Program-made: the position numbers and the translations under genes
In this document: positions 60,470 to 64,000 of the stretch, in pieces
Layout of the letters: each line of letters opens with the position of its first letter
Numbering within the stretch: position 1 is the stretch's first letter
The notes under the pieces: generated by a model
What the model was told of the DNA's origin: nothing
What the model saw: only the letters and a program-made list of their open reading frames with translations
Database searches by the model: none
NCBI GenBank assembly: GCA_002189035.1
Contig: NEEC01000009.1
Location: forward strand, 2,480,001 to 2,544,000
Direction: 5' to 3'
DNA length: 64,000 bases
From: Utricularia gibba
Lineage: Eukaryota > Plantae > Magnoliophyta

Positions 60470-61119
60470 TTACATAGCCTCGAGATTCAGGGTGTCGGGT
60501 TCGAGGGGCGGGGGATGGTTAAGATCAAGATCCAGGAGTCTTCTCGGATTGGGCCCATCGAAATGGTTCTCGTCGACAACCGACGAACTGTCGGAATCGC
60601 TTCCTAGAGCGCCGCCGCGTGGGATCCCGGCGACGATCGCTGGGGCGGCTGGGGTGTTGTAGGTCGGTGGATGGGGGAGCGCCTGGAAAACGAAAATCTG
60701 GGGTTATTGTTGTTGTTGTTATGCAGGAACGAGAGCGGCGCCGGCTGGGTTCTGAAGAATGGGTAGACGGAGGGAGCGGCGATGGTGACCAAGGGGGAAT
60801 CAGGGGGGCGGCGCGTGTTGTTGTCGGCGCACGACGACTCCACCGTGCTGCTCTCGCTGGGGCTCCGGACCACGGTCTCCGACGCGAGCAAGAAATTGGT
60901 CTTCGCCTTCTGGCCACGAAACTCCCTAGCCGCTGCGTCATACGCACGCGCAGCTTCCTCCGCCGTGTCAAACGTCCCGAGCCACACGCGTCGCTTCTTG
61001 TCGGGATCTCTGATTTCTGCCGCAAACCGACCCCACGGCCGCTTCCGCACGCCCCGGTAGTGCACCTCCGCAGTCTCCCCGCCGCCGCGCTGCTCCATCT
61101 CCCTCACCTTCATCGACAT
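60470..61119 (-). CDS. AP2/ERF group VIII EAR-motif repressor (ERF3/4/9/11-like); apparent -1 frameshift at 60700-60703
   Basis: AP2 domain [19 protein letters not shown]...[16 protein letters not shown] and [10 protein letters not shown]. After the frame correction the protein continues [11 protein letters not shown]...[11 protein letters not shown]...EAM*. A TATA lies at about 61229-61237 on the minus strand. Confidence 0.92.
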
Positions 61120-61760
61120 TTCCGTTGGAAAACGGACGGTGGATCTTGGAGACCGAGAAACAGAGACCCAATTTTCAGGAGGATATCTGTTACGTTAGAC
61201 GCAATGAAGCGCGGTGGGGGAAGGGGCGGTTTTATAGGAATAACAAGGGATTTTCGAGGATAGAAAAAATGGTGCGGCGCGTGCAGTTAATGTGACGGGG
61301 AGGAAGCGCGTGTGAACAGTCAACTAAGGGTTTGACGGGGAAGCGGAGGCGGCGGCCGCCCCATGGAGCGAGACGGAATACTGAAAGTGCAGGCCTGATT
61401 TAATGCCAAAGCCTGGGGTCCACAAGCGCCGCTGAGCTGCTCCGTGGGGGGCTGCCGGCGACTAGCCAGCCAGCCAATGGCTACCCTACATCACATACAA
61501 AGTAGGCTGGCTTTTCGCTTTCAAATCCTGTTGCGCTGCGCTGCGCTGAGCCTCCTATTTATTTATTTTTTAAAAATAAATACTAAATATTAATATTTGG
61601 ATTTTAAAATGCTTTATCTGCAAAAATATGACTGAAAAAAGGAAACCGGCTGACCGTCGTCAAGTTGGGGTTGGTTCCGGTCTACGCTTAACGTGGAAAG
61701 AAAGCAGGCTACCCACAATAATTGAGGCCTAGTGTTACTTCTTGTCGCCGAATAGTGAAC

Positions 61761-61774
61761 TGACACGTGGCGTC
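61761..61774. promoter_or_regulatory. G-box/ABRE-containing element TGACACGTGGCGTC in the ERF upstream region
   Basis: ABRE core ACGTGGC about 640 bp upstream of the ERF ATG. Confidence 0.5.
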
Positions 61775-62734
61775 ATGTAAGAGCCACCTCATTTTGGGAA
61801 ACCGGTTCGACTCGGCCGGTCTAACGGGTCTACCCAAAATCGGCGACTTCCAGGTTGGGAAAGTTCGGGACAATCGACGATGGAACATTGTCTGCGCTTC
61901 AAGGGATCTGATCTGAGAGATCGCGTCGAGGGCGTGGAGCTTCGAAGAATAAACGGTGGCGTTTCGAGGGAAAGGAGGACCTTTCTCGCGCGTTGATTCC
62001 GGTGACACTAGACCCCTTCTGTGATCCATCGTTCGCCACTACCCTTCCCTCCGCCGGTGCCTCCGAGTCCCGCAGGTACAATAAAGATTCTATGTTGGAG
62101 TTTTGGCGATTTTTTTAAGAACCTTTTGAAAGAGGCGATCATAAAAAAACCGTCAGATTCATAATGGGGAGCTTGAGATTCTGCTGTAGCGCTACTGGCG
62201 TTATAGATCCTACCGCCATTGCAATTGGCTTTATGCGCAGCAAGTGGCAGAGTCTCTTCTAAGGATGTTCCACACAGATGTTCACGTCATATAATGTATT
62301 CCTGAGTATTGGTGGGAAACAAAGCATTGGAAGCATTTATAACTGTGATGGCTCGTGCCAATGCCCACGTCCTGCTTCCGAGGCCCGCATTGATGCGTCT
62401 TGAAGCTCCTCGTGACATGGGAAGTTGACTTAGATGCACCTGAAGCCTTTTCCGGTGAGAGTACATTCGCCGTACTGGTTATCAATCCTGGTCGGAAGTG
62501 GCTGATTTGCTGTCATGTGGCTGTAGTTTACGTTCTTGCTGAGGAGCGCTATGTTGAATGTTCTTTTGAAGTGGGCTTGGTCTCGGTCTGTTAAAGTTGA
62601 AATGGGCCATCTAGATGGCCCAATATTTCATAATCAGACCGGCACCTTCTCTAGACTCATTCACTCGAAAAAGAAGTTCTCGGGAGTAGGGTTTTAGCTC
62701 TGAGTTGTGTTGGTTTCTTCTTGAAGATAACGAA

Positions 62735-63806
62735 ATGGTGATTTCCGCTGCCAGATTGACAGTTCGTTCGTCGGCGGTGCGTAATGTGGCCGCGAAGTTC
62801 GCTTCTCAGACGAAATCGGCTCGCTCCTCCCCATTCCAGGCCCCCTTCAAGACGCAGGCATTCTGCCGCGGTGTTTTCAGGTTTCCATTGGTTAGTGTGA
62901 ATAAAAAATTGGTTCTTGATCCTCAGCTTTAGACAATTTTGAATATATGGTGAAGGTCTCCTGTTGAATTGAGTGCGTGCATGGAGTCACTGATGCCGCA
63001 CCACACAGCTACTGCTTCCGCCTTGCTGACGTCTTTGCTCACGGTTTCGCGTAGTGGTTTTTGCTGGCTCCCTGAAGGTGTTTAAGATTGGTTTTTTTGA
63101 GTTCTTCTTTTGCTTGGTTGATTGACATTCGATGATTTAGCTATCGTTTTCAACTGTATGTTTAGTTACTATGTCATCAAGAATTGTCCATGATTAATTG
63201 AAAAGTGTTTTCGAATTTTCAAGCTTCAGTACGCCACCCTCCCATATTCGTATAATAAGAGGAAACGAATGAAAAATTGAAGCCTTGGACATCTATGTGT
63301 TATTGCTTAGTGAAAATGGCTCACTAAACATTGACTCTCCATCCATTTTCATTGTGTATGGGATGCATCTTCCTACTCGTCCTTTGCTAGTCCCCAAGTC
63401 CTCTGCTTTATTAGTCTCGTCCTATCATCTTTCGCCAACAGACAGATTTACATGTATTACTAAAACATTTGTCACCCAAACTCTTTGCGATCAAAGGATT
63501 TTTTTCTTTTTTTTTAATATTCTACCCCCCGACTTTACCATGTTTCCCTAACAGGTGCCTGTTTTCGTTCTTGCTTTAGGTATCTAGCATTGTAGAGCCC
63601 TCTATTGCGAAACTGCCCTTCCTTATATCTCTGTGAGTTGGTCTTTGAATTAGGGTGTTCAGTTATGTGCTCTTATTTTTCGAAAGATGAACATGTAAGA
63701 ACCCCCATTTCTTTCGGTACATTTTATTTGCTGCGAAGTATGTTTTTATTATCAATGAAGAAGTACCTCCGCCCTTCGTGTTGTAGGCACTAAAGACACT
63801 AGGTGA
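62735..63806 (+). CDS. NFD6: NUCLEAR FUSION DEFECTIVE 6-like organellar protein
   Basis: join(62735..62880,62956..63077,63787..63806): transit peptide, then R|[40 protein letters not shown]|GTKDTR*. The last exon is less certain. Confidence 0.85.
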
Positions 63807-64000
63807 AGATGGAAGGCAATGAGGGGATAATGGACATTCATTCATTTCTGTTTTAGCACTTTCTACTATAAAACAACTCTTCTAGAGTGCAGAATGACAT
63901 TTTTCCTTTCTTTTAAATACTTACAGCCTTTTCTACTTGGTTTTGATTTGCATTTGTTTGTCGTGCTGGAGTAATTCTTAAGGTTCCGTGCAGAACCTGT

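Noticed and set aside
2880-60703. Programmed ribosomal frameshifting or mass pseudogenisation as the cause of the split ORFs
   Set aside because: Unrelated genes are affected, the indels fall in G/C runs, there are no slippery-site or pseudoknot signatures, and I saw no other lesions. Assembly error is far simpler.
61804-61813. GGTTCGACTC tRNA T-loop-like word
   Set aside because: No T-stem, acceptor stem or cloverleaf can be built.
1-64000. CRISPR arrays, rRNA, tRNA, LTR/TIR transposons
   Set aside because: Eukaryotic gene-dense DNA with no repeat-spacer arrays, no rRNA or tRNA structure, and no transposase or reverse-transcriptase ORFs seen.

Overview
Gene-dense plant (eudicot) nuclear DNA. 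I find about 25 protein-coding genes in 64 kb, mostly with short introns, and no recognisable transposon, rRNA, tRNA or CRISPR. The density suggests a compact genome such as Lentibulariaceae (inference). Genes in order: At3g59040-like PPR (5' end outside window), XLT2-like GT47, RCI2/PMP3, TRF4/5-like nucleotidyltransferase, PSKR2, a hypothetical protein, TTL1-like, UBC13-type E2, PNGase A, a VAR3/OZ-like protein, a VQ protein, TED7-like, a PLS-E PPR, ETHE1, an SBT5.3-like subtilase, an RLCK-V kinase, three DUF3774 wound-induced peptides, a small hypothetical protein, dihydroorotase, CYP82, an ENODL phytocyanin, an ERF-VIII EAR repressor and an NFD6-like gene. Eight single-base frameshifts in seven genes all sit in G/C runs and are probably assembly errors; they hide, for example, the ERF EAR motif and the PNGase signal peptide. 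The two best leads are (1) a near-perfect miR165/166-complementary site with a central bulge at 45946-45968, inside an apparently spliced transcript with little coding capacity (candidate endogenous target mimic), and (2) a 97-bp GC-rich CYP82 intron flanked by a 12-bp direct repeat that supplies both splice sites (candidate recent intron gain). All homology calls are from recalled family motifs, not database searches.
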